64,000 nt of DNA from a bacterium (GCA_040390065.1 JAZJZE010000005.1:181160-245159); one strand, 5' to 3'. Shown: positions 42,044 through 51,394, counted from the stretch's first letter. Translations and numbers: made by a program. Notes: a model not told the origin generated them from the letters alone.

Positions 42044-42813
42044 GCCACCACCGGCCGTCCGGACTCCCACGCCTGATTGAAGAGCCGAGCCAAGTCGGCC
42101 GCCAGAGGTTTCTGCTGTGCATGCACGCAGGCCGGGCCGTCGCTGGCTCCTTGGACCGCCAAGTAGGCATCGCGACGATCCACGACGACGAAAGCGGAGG
42201 ATAGGGATTCGGTCACGCGCACTTGGAGGCCGCTTGCGATTAGTCCGGTCGCTTCATGGCGTGCTGGCATTCCGGTGCAAAGAATCCGGACCTTTGCAAC
42301 GGTGCTCTTTAGCAGATCCCCGAGCGCCGTCCCCGGCAGCAGCCACGCGACCTCGCTATCAGCCACGATTATTTCCTCCTTGGCGGACTTGAATTCGGCC
42401 AGCAACGAGGACGATTTGGCGCCCCTGCCGGCAAGGACTTGGACCAAGCCTTCGACGTCCGCGCCGGTTCCGATTTCTTGCGCGCCCTCGTAAACCTCGA
42501 CGAGGCGCCCCCGAATTTCGCTGCTCAGGCGGCTCATGTCGTTGGCGCCCTTCATCAGTTGCGGCATGAAGTCCTCTGGACGCACCGCCTTGTAGCGCTT
42601 CTTGCCCAGGGCGACCTGATAGACGAGATTCTTCTTCTCGAGGCCGTCGAGGACATCGTACACCTTGCTTTTGGGAATCGAGGTCCTGGAGGCGACTTGA
42701 GGGGGGGTGCCGTCCCCTTCGAGGGCCAGGCAGGCTAGTGCCGCTCGCTCGTATTCGCCCATGCCTGAGAGTGTAAGGAACTCGAGGAACTTGTCCTTCA
42801 GCACTCGGTCCAC
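42040..42813 (-). CDS. TrmB-family transcriptional regulator
   Basis: MGEYERAALACL…TPPQVASRTSIPKSKVYDVLDGLEKKNLV; C-terminal effector domain (FVVVDRR…LFNQAWE). Confidence 0.88.
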   Translation of the reverse strand: MDRVLKDKFLEFLTLSGMGEYERAALACLALEGDGTPPQVASRTSIPKSKVYDVLDGLEKKNLVYQVALGKKRYKAVRPEDFMPQLMKGANDMSRLSSEIRGRLVEVYEGAQEIGTGADVEGLVQVLAGRGAKSSSLLAEFKSAKEEIIVADSEVAWLLPGTALGDLLKSTVAKVRILCTGMPARHEATGLIASGLQVRVTESLSSAFVVVDRRDAYLAVQGASDGPACVHAQQKPLAADLARLFNQAWESGRPVVA

Positions 42814-42932
42814 GAATCTCTACTACTGCGGTAGTGAATATCTGCTTTATGGTGCAAGAAAAGCCTACAGTCGTGGTTGGTCGTTAAATAGTCGCTGGTG
42901 CGATGACGAATTGCCCCTGGGGCGCGAAGACC

Positions 42933-43196
42933 ATGACTGCACAGGAAACAGCCTCCAAGAAACCGCACATGACGACCTTCTACGTCGACAACGAACCAAT
43001 CGAGACGGACCAGAAGGAGCTGACCGTTCGCACGATTCTCGAATTGGCCGGCGACGACCCCAACAACCACTACCTCATGGAGCTCCGCGGTGACCAGCAA
43101 ATCCCGCACAAGGACCTCAACGAATCCATCAAGATCCACGAGCACCTCCGCTTCGCGGCAATCTTCACCGGCAACACGCCCGTCAGCTGCGGGTGA
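42933..43196 (+). CDS. ubiquitin-like (multiubiquitin-family beta-grasp) protein ending in Gly
   Basis: TFYVDNEPIET…LTVRTILELAG…YL…IKIHEHLRF, C-terminus TGNTPVSCG; first gene of E2/E1 operon. Confidence 0.8.
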   Translation: MTAQETASKKPHMTTFYVDNEPIETDQKELTVRTILELAGDDPNNHYLMELRGDQQIPHKDLNESIKIHEHLRFAAIFTGNTPVSCG

Positions 43197-43558
43197 ACAC
43201 CATGCCGCCGCAGGACCTCATCCGAGACCTCCAGGCACGAGGGCTCAAAGTCCGCCCCGAGCCATCCATGCTTCCCGGAGGACCCTACGTCATCATCGAC
43301 GACTACGAGGTCCCAGTCGGCCAACACCACGGCAAGAAAATCACGTTGGCCATCCCGACGCCCGGCGACTTTCCCATCACGCCGCCCGGCGGCATCCACA
43401 TCATCCCCCACCTCATCCAAGTCGGGACACGGAACGTCCACCAAAGCCCAATGGGCGCCGAATGGCAGTACTGGAGCCGTCCCATCGTGGACTGGCGACA
43501 CGACCGAAGCACGGCTCGGCTCATGAGCCACGTCAACAGGCTGATGCTCGATGCCTAA
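43193..43558 (+). CDS. prokaryotic E2/UBC-like protein lacking Cys
   Basis: YEVPVG…LAIPTPGDFPITPP…WQYWSRP; GTGA coupling; no cysteine in the ORF. Confidence 0.78.
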   Translation: MNTMPPQDLIRDLQARGLKVRPEPSMLPGGPYVIIDDYEVPVGQHHGKKITLAIPTPGDFPITPPGGIHIIPHLIQVGTRNVHQSPMGAEWQYWSRPIVDWRHDRSTARLMSHVNRLMLDA

Positions 43559-44957
43559 ACCAAGCTTTTCGGTCGCAATGCCGGAAGAACTCCATGTGGC
43601 TCTCGCCAAACACCTCGTCCGTGCCGACCACCAGGAGGACCTCTGCTTCGCCATATACTACCCCAGCACGAGCCGAAACCGAACCACCGCCATCCTGCAC
43701 CGAATGATTGCCCCCAGCAAAGGCGACCGAAAAGTGCACGGCAATGCCAGCTTCGAAGCCCCATACTTTGACCGCGCGCTGCGTGAGGCGCGCGCCGCTG
43801 GCGGAGGCTTGGCATTCATGCATAGCCATCCATTCGGAGGCTGGCAGAACCTAAGCCGCGACGACCACGACGCAGAGGCCGGCCACGCCGCGGCCGCGCT
43901 AGCCGTGACGGGCCTACCACTCGTCGGACTCACCATCGGATTGGATGGGGCATGGAGCGCCCGGCAATGGCTCCGGGTAGCCGCAAAGACGTACAAACCG
44001 CAATGGGCGCACACGGTCAGGCGCGTCGGTGGTGCTCTCCAAGTGACCTTCCATCCAAGCCTCGTCGCACCATACCACGCCGGCGAAGCCCTGATGCGAA
44101 CCGTTTCATTCTGGGGCGATGAAAACCAGCACCTCCTAGGTCGGCTCCGCATCGGCATCGTTGGCCTAGGAAGCGTCGGCAGCTTGGTCGCAGAAAGCCT
44201 TGCACGAACCGGCATCCGCGACCTGGTCCTCATCGATTTCGACCACATCAAGAACCACAACCTGGACCGAACGGCCGGGGCCACCAAGCAAGACGCAAAG
44301 AAGGCGCACCCTAAGGTCACTGTGGCGGCCCGCAACGTTGGTCAGGCGGCCACGGCCAATGGCTTCCAAGCCGACCCCGTCAACCAGAGCCTCGTCGCGC
44401 CCGAAGGGTATCGCGCTGCCCTCGACTGCGATGTCCTCTTCAGCTGTGTCGACCGCCCTTGGCCCCGCCGGGTCCTGAATCACATCGCGTACGCACACCT
44501 CATTCCCGTCATCGACGGCGGCATCAGCGTCCGCCACGGCCCGACCGGACGTTTCAAGAACGCCAACTGGAGCATCCGCACCAGCGGACCAGAACGGGCG
44601 TGCCTGGAATGCACCGGAGCCTACGACGCAGGGCTCGTCAACACGGAGCAGCAGGGCTACCTGGACGATCCGAGCTACATGGCTGACCTTCCCTCCGACA
44701 GTCCGCTGCGCCGACGAGAAAATGTCCACGCCCTTAGTATGAGCCTAGCGGCGCACGAGGTCCTCCAACTCGTTGCCCTCGTCACTGGTCTCGTGGGAAT
44801 GCACGACACCGGCGAGCAGCGGTTCAGCTATTTCCCCGGAATCGTGGAAGCGCGCCGAGTTCAATGTGAACGCGACTGCCCCCACCAAGCTCTCGTGGCC
44901 CAGGGCAATTTTGCAGACGAAAAGATTGGGAATTTCCTCAGGACTCAGGAGGGATGA
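43551..44957 (+). CDS. JAB/MPN+ peptidase fused to ThiF/E1 adenylation domain
   Basis: QED…MHSHP…LSRDD (JAB); IVGLGSVGS, DFD….NLDR, SCVD, CLEC…CERDC (E1). Confidence 0.88.
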   Translation: MPKPSFSVAMPEELHVALAKHLVRADHQEDLCFAIYYPSTSRNRTTAILHRMIAPSKGDRKVHGNASFEAPYFDRALREARAAGGGLAFMHSHPFGGWQNLSRDDHDAEAGHAAAALAVTGLPLVGLTIGLDGAWSARQWLRVAAKTYKPQWAHTVRRVGGALQVTFHPSLVAPYHAGEALMRTVSFWGDENQHLLGRLRIGIVGLGSVGSLVAESLARTGIRDLVLIDFDHIKNHNLDRTAGATKQDAKKAHPKVTVAARNVGQAATANGFQADPVNQSLVAPEGYRAALDCDVLFSCVDRPWPRRVLNHIAYAHLIPVIDGGISVRHGPTGRFKNANWSIRTSGPERACLECTGAYDAGLVNTEQQGYLDDPSYMADLPSDSPLRRRENVHALSMSLAAHEVLQLVALVTGLVGMHDTGEQRFSYFPGIVEARRVQCERDCPHQALVAQGNFADEKIGNFLRTQEG

Positions 44958-45325
44958 TGATGCTCCGTCTCATGCCCGCAGATTGGATCTTCCTGCCCTC
45001 CGCGACCGCATCCCTAGTGGTCCTAGCCGCGGTGGCCATTGGTGTCCTCGTCGAGCGCCGCCAGCACTTCATCGCCCGACCCGCCATTTTCGGAAACGCC
45101 CTCATGCTTTGGCAGGTCTTCTTTGACAAGTGGAGATCCTTGCCAGACTGGCTCCAGGTGTACCTCAACGTGGGCAGCTTCATCGGGGCACTGGCCCTCG
45201 TCTCCTATGTAACTCGCGCAAGGCTTCCGACTCCGTTCTACCGCTTTTCCTTGTACGGATACGGTTCCCTAACCGTACTAATCTTGATTGGAAGCCTGGC
45301 CGAACCATGGTCACCATTGAGGTAG
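44954..45325 (+). CDS. small 4-TM membrane protein
   Basis: ATGA overlap with E1 stop; four hydrophobic helices. Confidence 0.65.
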   Translation: MMMLRLMPADWIFLPSATASLVVLAAVAIGVLVERRQHFIARPAIFGNALMLWQVFFDKWRSLPDWLQVYLNVGSFIGALALVSYVTRARLPTPFYRFSLYGYGSLTVLILIGSLAEPWSPLR

Positions 45326-45327
45326 CC

Positions 45328-45579
45328 ATGGACGGCAAAGCCTTCGCGGGAATTTGGAATGCCCTCCTCGTCGGCGCCGCCATCCTGGCAGCGCTGGCTG
45401 GGTGGTACGGCCTCACGGCCACAATTATTGGTAGCATGATTGTGACAGCCGTTCTGACGGGGCTTGCCGGCCAGATGTCCGAAGAGATTGCCGAGGCCCT
45501 CCCGTTCCTGAGTGGATTCGTCGGCACCATGGCTGCGGTCATCTACTGGTTATTGAGGATTGACACTTGGCTGCATTAG
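45328..45579 (+). CDS. small 3-TM membrane protein
   Basis: gaggt RBS, starts 2 bp after previous stop; almost wholly hydrophobic. Confidence 0.65.
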   Translation: MDGKAFAGIWNALLVGAAILAALAGWYGLTATIIGSMIVTAVLTGLAGQMSEEIAEALPFLSGFVGTMAAVIYWLLRIDTWLH

Positions 45580-45991
45580 GCACGCAAAATCGTAAACGCT
45601 AGCTTGTGGGATAGCGGAACCCGGCCCAACGTAAGCGGCGGAACTCGTCCTGCCATCGAATTTCCCAAGGTGCGTGCGATCCTTCTCATGCTTGGGTTCG
45701 AAACCATTTCGGACTGCAAGCTCCTGTTTGCTGGCGCCTTCATCGGCCAGCCCTGCCTCATGGTAGAGGCGCTGCGGGACCACACGACCGAGGTGAAGCC
45801 AACGCCACGTACATCCTAATCAGGCATGCGAATGGATTCTACTACTTGCGCGCCCAGAGAAACGACTTCTCGGGGCTGATTCTCATGAAAGATTCCGTTG
45901 GCCCCGGCATCTTGAAAGGAGCACCTGGAAGCCAAGCGTGCTAGCGCCACGTTACGCGCCACACCCCGGCGCCGCTAAGTCCCCATGAACC

Positions 45992-46867
45992 ATGCCTATG
46001 GTTGTGCCCCCAGAAAACGCCGAAACTCCCCGTACAGTACTCCTCCTCGAACTCCAGGAGGCACCGCCCGGCGGGCCAGATGCCATCATTGCCGTTCGCA
46101 CAAACCTGGAGCATTTCGCTGCGCCCATCCAAATGGCCCTGCAGCTCATCCTGGATAGGGCGCGCCTGGCGTTGCTCGGCGCTCGCGCCCTCGAAACCTA
46201 TGACCCGCAAGTCCCGGGGACGTTCCTTCACGTACACACTGCCGAAAATCAGATGCTGCCGCTGGACGCCCTGAAAGGCCAGACGGAACGGTGGATTCTC
46301 GGATGCGCCGTTCGGGACGCCGTCGAGTTGCTCTCCGACTCCCTCGTCGATGCTCGACGTATACTTGGCATCTGGAGCATGCATGGGAAGGTCTTGCCAT
46401 CCGAGGATGTCAATCGTAACCTGTCGGAGGCGGACGCTGCATTTGCAAGAATGGGGCTTCCCCAAAAGTTGGCTGCCCTCCAATCGAAGCATGCATTCGG
46501 GTTGGAGGAAGAAGCCCGATTGATGGCGGCGAGCCTCCAGCAAGCTCGCAACTGCCTTACTCACCGGGGGGGTACGGTCGACCCGATTGACCTGAAGGGA
46601 AGACCAAGTCTCGTTGTGCAGTGGAAGGAATTCGCCATTCTAGCAGGCCGCCTGGATGCGCCGCGCCGGCTCAAGAAGGGCGGGATGGCCCAGGCTGGCG
46701 AGGAGGTTCGAGTCGGCCGGATCAAAGAGGTGCGCGAGTTCCCCCCGGGCACCGAGATGGCCTTCGACGTAGACGACGTGGGAAGCATATGCCAGACAAT
46801 CGTCTTGATTGCAGAGCACATCGGGGCCCGGTTACAGGAACGGAAGACCCACGCGGGGTTGCCATAG
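45992..46867 (+). CDS. putative HEPN-domain protein
   Basis: Helical protein with KLAAL…ARNCLTHRGG (R-x4-H). Confidence 0.55.
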   Translation: MPMVVPPENAETPRTVLLLELQEAPPGGPDAIIAVRTNLEHFAAPIQMALQLILDRARLALLGARALETYDPQVPGTFLHVHTAENQMLPLDALKGQTERWILGCAVRDAVELLSDSLVDARRILGIWSMHGKVLPSEDVNRNLSEADAAFARMGLPQKLAALQSKHAFGLEEEARLMAASLQQARNCLTHRGGTVDPIDLKGRPSLVVQWKEFAILAGRLDAPRRLKKGGMAQAGEEVRVGRIKEVREFPPGTEMAFDVDDVGSICQTIVLIAEHIGARLQERKTHAGLP

Positions 46868-46872
46868 AAGAC

Positions 46873-48228
46873 CTACCTGGCCCGTCGTTCGAGAAACTCG
46901 CGCAAATCGCGAGGCCCAGCTGCCGAGGTAGCTAGAGTCGACAACTCCAGCATGTCTTCGTGACCGAGAAGACTGATTTCATCGCCGTGCGCAGTCGCTA
47001 GGTCTGACTCCGAGATGGCTTTGCGCGACAACGGAGTGACCAGGGCCGCTAGAATGGGTTGGCCCACTGCGTTTGCAATCTCTGCTCGGCGCCTTACGAG
47101 TTTGGCCAGCTTGTTGTCCTTGTCTGGCGTTCCGGTCGTGCATTCGACAACTAGGTGCCACCCGTCCCCCTCGGCCAGGACATCCGGCGCATCCCATTTC
47201 ATCGCCCAAACCGGCATTACTCTCATGCCGAGACAGTGCAAGGCAAGCGCGGTCCAGGTTTCCAGCATTCCTTGGCCCTTGAGGCCTTGGTCAATCATGT
47301 CTTTGAGAAACCCCTCGTTCTCCTTTAGGGCAACCAACGATCTTCCATGTCTCCGCGCGGCGCCGACCGGTGCCGTGACGACGGACGCAGTGGCCACGGG
47401 CCACCCGCGATAAGTTACGACGATTTTTGCCCGACTGGCCTCCCGCGGCAGCTCAATCGACATGACGATGTCGCTTGGGGATTGTCCCGCCAAGACGGAA
47501 CGAACAGGGAGGCGACCGCGGATCACGTCCATATCGAATATCGTGGATGGCGGTACGATGTAGCCGATAAACATGAGATTCACGTCCGTGTTCTCCGTTG
47601 CTGAGACGTAGAGACGAAGTTCGCGCCCCGTCAATGCTCCACCGATAATCCCTACACCGGGCCGGGCTTCAATGAGGACGTGCGATCGGTAGGTTAGTTC
47701 GTGGGCTTGCATCCCGTATTGGAAGAATTCGGATAGAACCTCGCCGACGCCGTCCCATGGCGGGTTCGCCGTTTGCAGGATTCGGTCCATCTCTTCAAGC
47801 TGGAGGCGCGCGGAGTCAGGGCGGTCGGGCTGGGCTGCAAGCTGGAACCCGAGACCATGGACGGATCCTGGGGCGTCACGGATTGCATAATAGAAGGCCG
47901 GAGGTCGTCCTTCCTTCGTAAGCAGGCTGTAGTTCCTGCCTTCGAGGCGAACAAAACCATTCGCGAGGTCGTCCAGGAACTGACCAAGGGAGTTGGCCGG
48001 AATGAGGGTTCTATGGAACGTGAAAGGGCCCGCGCTGGGCGGGATCTGGTTGGTTCCGGCCTCGCTTGCGGGTAAAGAGCGGCAGGTCAACACGACAACG
48101 AAACCTGCATTGGGGGCCGCTTGAGCATTCTCTGAAACCCAAGCCCTGATATCAAACTGGCCGAGGTCGGAGGCGAACGGCGCAACGTGCTCCCAGAACT
48201 GCTTGGCGGGGGTCGATGTGGGAGTCAT
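46873..48228 (-). CDS. protein with C-terminal PD-(D/E)xK-like nuclease domain
   Basis: LETWTALALHCLG…APDVLA…LVVECTT. Confidence 0.6.
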   Translation of the reverse strand: MTPTSTPAKQFWEHVAPFASDLGQFDIRAWVSENAQAAPNAGFVVVLTCRSLPASEAGTNQIPPSAGPFTFHRTLIPANSLGQFLDDLANGFVRLEGRNYSLLTKEGRPPAFYYAIRDAPGSVHGLGFQLAAQPDRPDSARLQLEEMDRILQTANPPWDGVGEVLSEFFQYGMQAHELTYRSHVLIEARPGVGIIGGALTGRELRLYVSATENTDVNLMFIGYIVPPSTIFDMDVIRGRLPVRSVLAGQSPSDIVMSIELPREASRAKIVVTYRGWPVATASVVTAPVGAARRHGRSLVALKENEGFLKDMIDQGLKGQGMLETWTALALHCLGMRVMPVWAMKWDAPDVLAEGDGWHLVVECTTGTPDKDNKLAKLVRRRAEIANAVGQPILAALVTPLSRKAISESDLATAHGDEISLLGHEDMLELSTLATSAAGPRDLREFLERRAR

Positions 48229-48523
48229 TCAGGCACGGCCGCCATTGGGCGAGGAACAACTCCGACATGATGGACGTTTCAGTCTACCAAATCCAGATGC
48301 CGAGTTCGCGGTAGGGATGGGGCCGGGCCCTGACGGCCGCCCCATGGCTAGACGACGCGCCGGCTAGGCTGCGTCGGCACTTGTCGAATCAGGCGCTTCA
48401 TTGGACATGTACGACCAAGGCGATGCGACCGGTCCCTTCGCTCAAGTTCCGTTCCCAAGAAGGCCACCCACTCCGCACGCGTTGGGAAACCCTGGCCCCC
48501 AAGCCTCACGCGCCGGCGTCCTT

Positions 48524-49294
48524 TCATGGCCATTCAAAGCCGAATGGGTCGGTCGGCAGACCGCGAACGGGCCGTACGACCAGGAATGCCCTCCTTGCGG
48601 GTGGGGTTTCACTATTCGGCAATTTCACGTGCGCCGTGAATGTCGCCCGGTCGCCTGCAGGCAAGAGAAGACCGCCGTTCAAGTTGTGGCTGGCAGCGCT
48701 CAACACCCGCCCGGAGAACGCTCGTTTCTGGTGATCGTGCCCCGGCCAGTAGACTTCGACTTCATGCGGCGCGCTTCCCGCGGTTCCGGAGTTGATGGCC
48801 TCGAAGTTGAATGCCAAGGTCCGGCCTTGCTCAGCGTGTTCCCACCGGGCCGCCGAGACGTCAGTAACGCGAAAAACGGCACCGGCGGGATAATGGGCCG
48901 GCAAGGAGTCCCGGGGTTCGGCTGTTGCTAGGGTCCCTTGCATAATGATATTCGTCGTGTTCCCCTTGCCCTTGATGATGGGCGCCACGCTTCCCCGGTC
49001 AAGACGTTGTGAACCGACCTGACCACCAAAGCTGGCATTCCAACTTGGCTTCACTTCCCCATTCCAGAGATGTCGGAGCTTGATGGCGTAGTAGATGAGC
49101 ACGGCAGGAATCCCCGGCAGCCCATACACCCAACGTGGCAAGCCATTCTCCAAATGAACGAGGGCAAGAAGGATTCCAACGGCCACAATCGCAATCACCG
49201 CAATTACGATGGGAATGAAGACCCATTCCTTCATTGCCCGGTCCATCACCTCGTCGGTTGTTTCCTTTTTCTTGCTTGAACCCACGATACTCAC
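48524..49294 (-). CDS. 2-TM membrane protein with C-terminal beta-rich domain
   Basis: GTGA overlap with kwaB stop; two TM helices. Confidence 0.6.
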   Translation of the reverse strand: MSIVGSSKKKETTDEVMDRAMKEWVFIPIVIAVIAIVAVGILLALVHLENGLPRWVYGLPGIPAVLIYYAIKLRHLWNGEVKPSWNASFGGQVGSQRLDRGSVAPIIKGKGNTTNIIMQGTLATAEPRDSLPAHYPAGAVFRVTDVSAARWEHAEQGRTLAFNFEAINSGTAGSAPHEVEVYWPGHDHQKRAFSGRVLSAASHNLNGGLLLPAGDRATFTAHVKLPNSETPPARRAFLVVRPVRGLPTDPFGFEWP

Positions 49295-50184
49295 GCCTGC
49301 CTTCGCATCGCCGCTTCGTAGTGTTCGGGAATGCCTTCGACGAGTTGAATGGTGTATCGGCGCCGGTCGAGGACCTTGAGGAAGGCCATTTCGCTGCCGG
49401 GCCTTGGACCGATGCGCCCTTTGGCTTTGACGAACGCAACCTCGTCCTCATCTAGTTTTTCCTCCAGCAGCTCGACCGATGTCTGTTCTAGGTCTTGGCG
49501 ATGCCTGATGCTGGCGAGGATGCGTGCAGCGCTGGGGTGCTGTTGGCAGAACGCCGCCAGAGGTACGGAGTCAACGAACGGCATTCGGTCTGCAACGGTC
49601 GTCGCATTCGCTTCTGCCGCCGCCATGACGGCGTCCTGTGTATCGGCGGTAGCATGGAAGCCAGTTGGGTTAAGGATCCAGACGTTTCCAGCTTCAATGA
49701 GGTAGTCGAAAACGTCATTGAAGGCGAAAATTTTGCCCTTGAGGAGCTTTGCCCCGTCGTGCGTTCCAGTGAAAAGGCGTTTCTTGCTGACGCCCTTTAG
49801 TTGTGACGCGCGCCGTACGCCGATCAGGCGGTGCCCGTTCCTTGTTGTGAACAGGCCAAAGTAGTAGCCGATGGCCTGAACATCGCTTAGGGCGGTTGCA
49901 ACGACCGGGGGTTGCGCCTTGAGCAAGTCACGAGGTCGGCCCGCGAGGCTTGAGCTTAGGGGCAAGTGGCAGGGGTAGGGATTTGGATAAAGTTCACTGA
50001 TGTCCAATTCGGGAATATCCTCGGCGTCGGCAATTCGATTCCATGTGTCGACGGCCATCTCGTGGAGAACTCGTTGCACACCGACATCGGCTGGAACGCG
50101 AACCAATTCTTCCCGCGCATCCGTGGTCTCCCGGCTTATTCCGAGTTCGATGGTCAAGTCCTTGGCGTTCAAATCGAATTTCAT
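49291..50184 (-). CDS. kwaB: Kiwa defence protein KwaB (DUF4868-like)
   Basis: ~297 aa; FNDVFDYLI..GNVWILN..GF, FLKVLDRRRY…EHYEA; ATGA-coupled to an upstream TM gene. Confidence 0.75.
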   Translation of the reverse strand: MKFDLNAKDLTIELGISRETTDAREELVRVPADVGVQRVLHEMAVDTWNRIADAEDIPELDISELYPNPYPCHLPLSSSLAGRPRDLLKAQPPVVATALSDVQAIGYYFGLFTTRNGHRLIGVRRASQLKGVSKKRLFTGTHDGAKLLKGKIFAFNDVFDYLIEAGNVWILNPTGFHATADTQDAVMAAAEANATTVADRMPFVDSVPLAAFCQQHPSAARILASIRHRQDLEQTSVELLEEKLDEDEVAFVKAKGRIGPRPGSEMAFLKVLDRRRYTIQLVEGIPEHYEAAMRRQA

Positions 50185-50774
50185 GGCATCTCCTCTACAA
50201 ACAGGTGATCATCAAGTCGGAGCAGGCGTAGCGGCTGTCCAGTTGGCGGTGGTCCTAACCTGCAAAGAACGACGACTGGAACGGTTCTGGCTCCAGAGTT
50301 GGAAGGCCAGCCCATGTAGATGCGATACCCCCGAAATGAAAGGGGCAGGTTGACGTGGTGCAAGCCAAGGAACATGAAAATCCAGATGACCAGCAATAAT
50401 CCAGTCAAGCCCGCGAGAAGGCCGCGTTCCGTCGCCACATCGACGAAAAACATGGAGAGTAGAACCGCCACCAGATAGTCAAAAACTTGCGCCCTGTCGT
50501 CCTCCACGCGCTCAAAAGTGAATGTTGAGTAGCTTCTTTCCTTTGCAGCGCGAAGCCATCGAACGACGACAATTGTTAACGGAAACATGATGGCCAGGGA
50601 AACCCCAGATGCAGCGGCCCATGCGCCGTCGAGATGCCAGCTGCCCAAGCGAATGGAGGGGGCCGCAGGCATGCCTCGCAAGGCCCACACGAGAAGAACG
50701 GGGGAAAAGCTGGACACCACCAGCATGGCCCTGAACAGACCTAGAGTGCGTTGCCGGTGCTCGATGCGTCTCAT
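50181..50774 (-). CDS. kwaA: Kiwa defence membrane protein KwaA
   Basis: Four TM helices; SSFSPVLL, DYLVAVLL, VNLPLSFRGYRIY pattern. Confidence 0.72.
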   Translation of the reverse strand: MRRIEHRQRTLGLFRAMLVVSSFSPVLLVWALRGMPAAPSIRLGSWHLDGAWAAASGVSLAIMFPLTIVVVRWLRAAKERSYSTFTFERVEDDRAQVFDYLVAVLLSMFFVDVATERGLLAGLTGLLLVIWIFMFLGLHHVNLPLSFRGYRIYMGWPSNSGARTVPVVVLCRLGPPPTGQPLRLLRLDDHLFVEEMP

Positions 50775-51101
50775 TGGCTCACATGCCGTCCACTTGAGCC
50801 TTCGAGACCCGGGCTCCGTCGTAGTCCAAACAAGCCCCCAGTAAATCCGCGGCGAACGGTTGCCGGTCTGGCGGGCACGTCCAGCGCCTCGTTTGTTGGG
50901 CGGGTGCAATCTGTACCAAGGATGCGGGCCAAGTCTTGGCTTACGGGATGAATGTTGCCGAACCCTCCGTTCCATCACGAATGCGGCTTTACTGAAGTCA
51001 CGACGTACCCTGGAACGTGCACAACGGGTCCCACCAAGCGAGGCCAATGAGGCGTAGACTTCCGGTTCCTGCCGATGCGTCACGAAAACGAACCAATAGC
51101 G

Positions 51102-51157
51102 CGCCCGATTACGCCCGATTACGGGGTTCACAGCCGCCGAAGGCGGCCTGGTGAACC
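51102..51157 (+). promoter_or_regulatory. tandem 10-bp direct repeat plus SD-occluding hairpin
   Basis: cgcccgatta x2 (51102-51121); ggttcac-a-gccgcc-gaa-ggcggc-ctg-gtgaacc (51125-51157) pairs most of the GGTGA before ATG 51160. Confidence 0.45.
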
Positions 51158-51159
51158 AC

Positions 51160-51354
51160 ATGAAAACCCTAGCGTACGCTCTGGCAGGCCTGGTCCTGCT
51201 GCTTGCTGCCCCGACGATTGCACCCGCGGCGACCGCGGAATGCATGGGCGATATCTGCCCCCCCGCCACAGTCTATGGGACAGGCGGATGCGCCGTGTTC
51301 TGGTACTGGCTCGAACCGGAGCCGGGCTACCAGCTGGATCCCGACTGTCTATAG
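51160..51354 (+). CDS. small secreted Cys-rich peptide
   Basis: Signal peptide MKTLAYALAGLVLLLAAPTIAPAATA; ~38-aa mature part with 4 Cys; GGTGA SD. Confidence 0.65.
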   Translation: MKTLAYALAGLVLLLAAPTIAPAATAECMGDICPPATVYGTGGCAVFWYWLEPEPGYQLDPDCL

Positions 51355-51394
51355 ATTTGACAACGCCCATAGCGAACCAGGGGGTGGCATCGCC

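Noticed and set aside
43551-44957. ThiF/MoeB for thiamine or Moco sulfur transfer
   Set aside because: Thiazole is made by Thi4 here; the E1 is fused to JAB, coupled to an E2-like gene and lies among defence genes.
50775-51269. N-terminal 165 aa of the 362-aa ORF 50181..51269
   Set aside because: Low-complexity read-through of intergenic DNA; the KwaA-like hydrophobic protein begins near ATG 50774.
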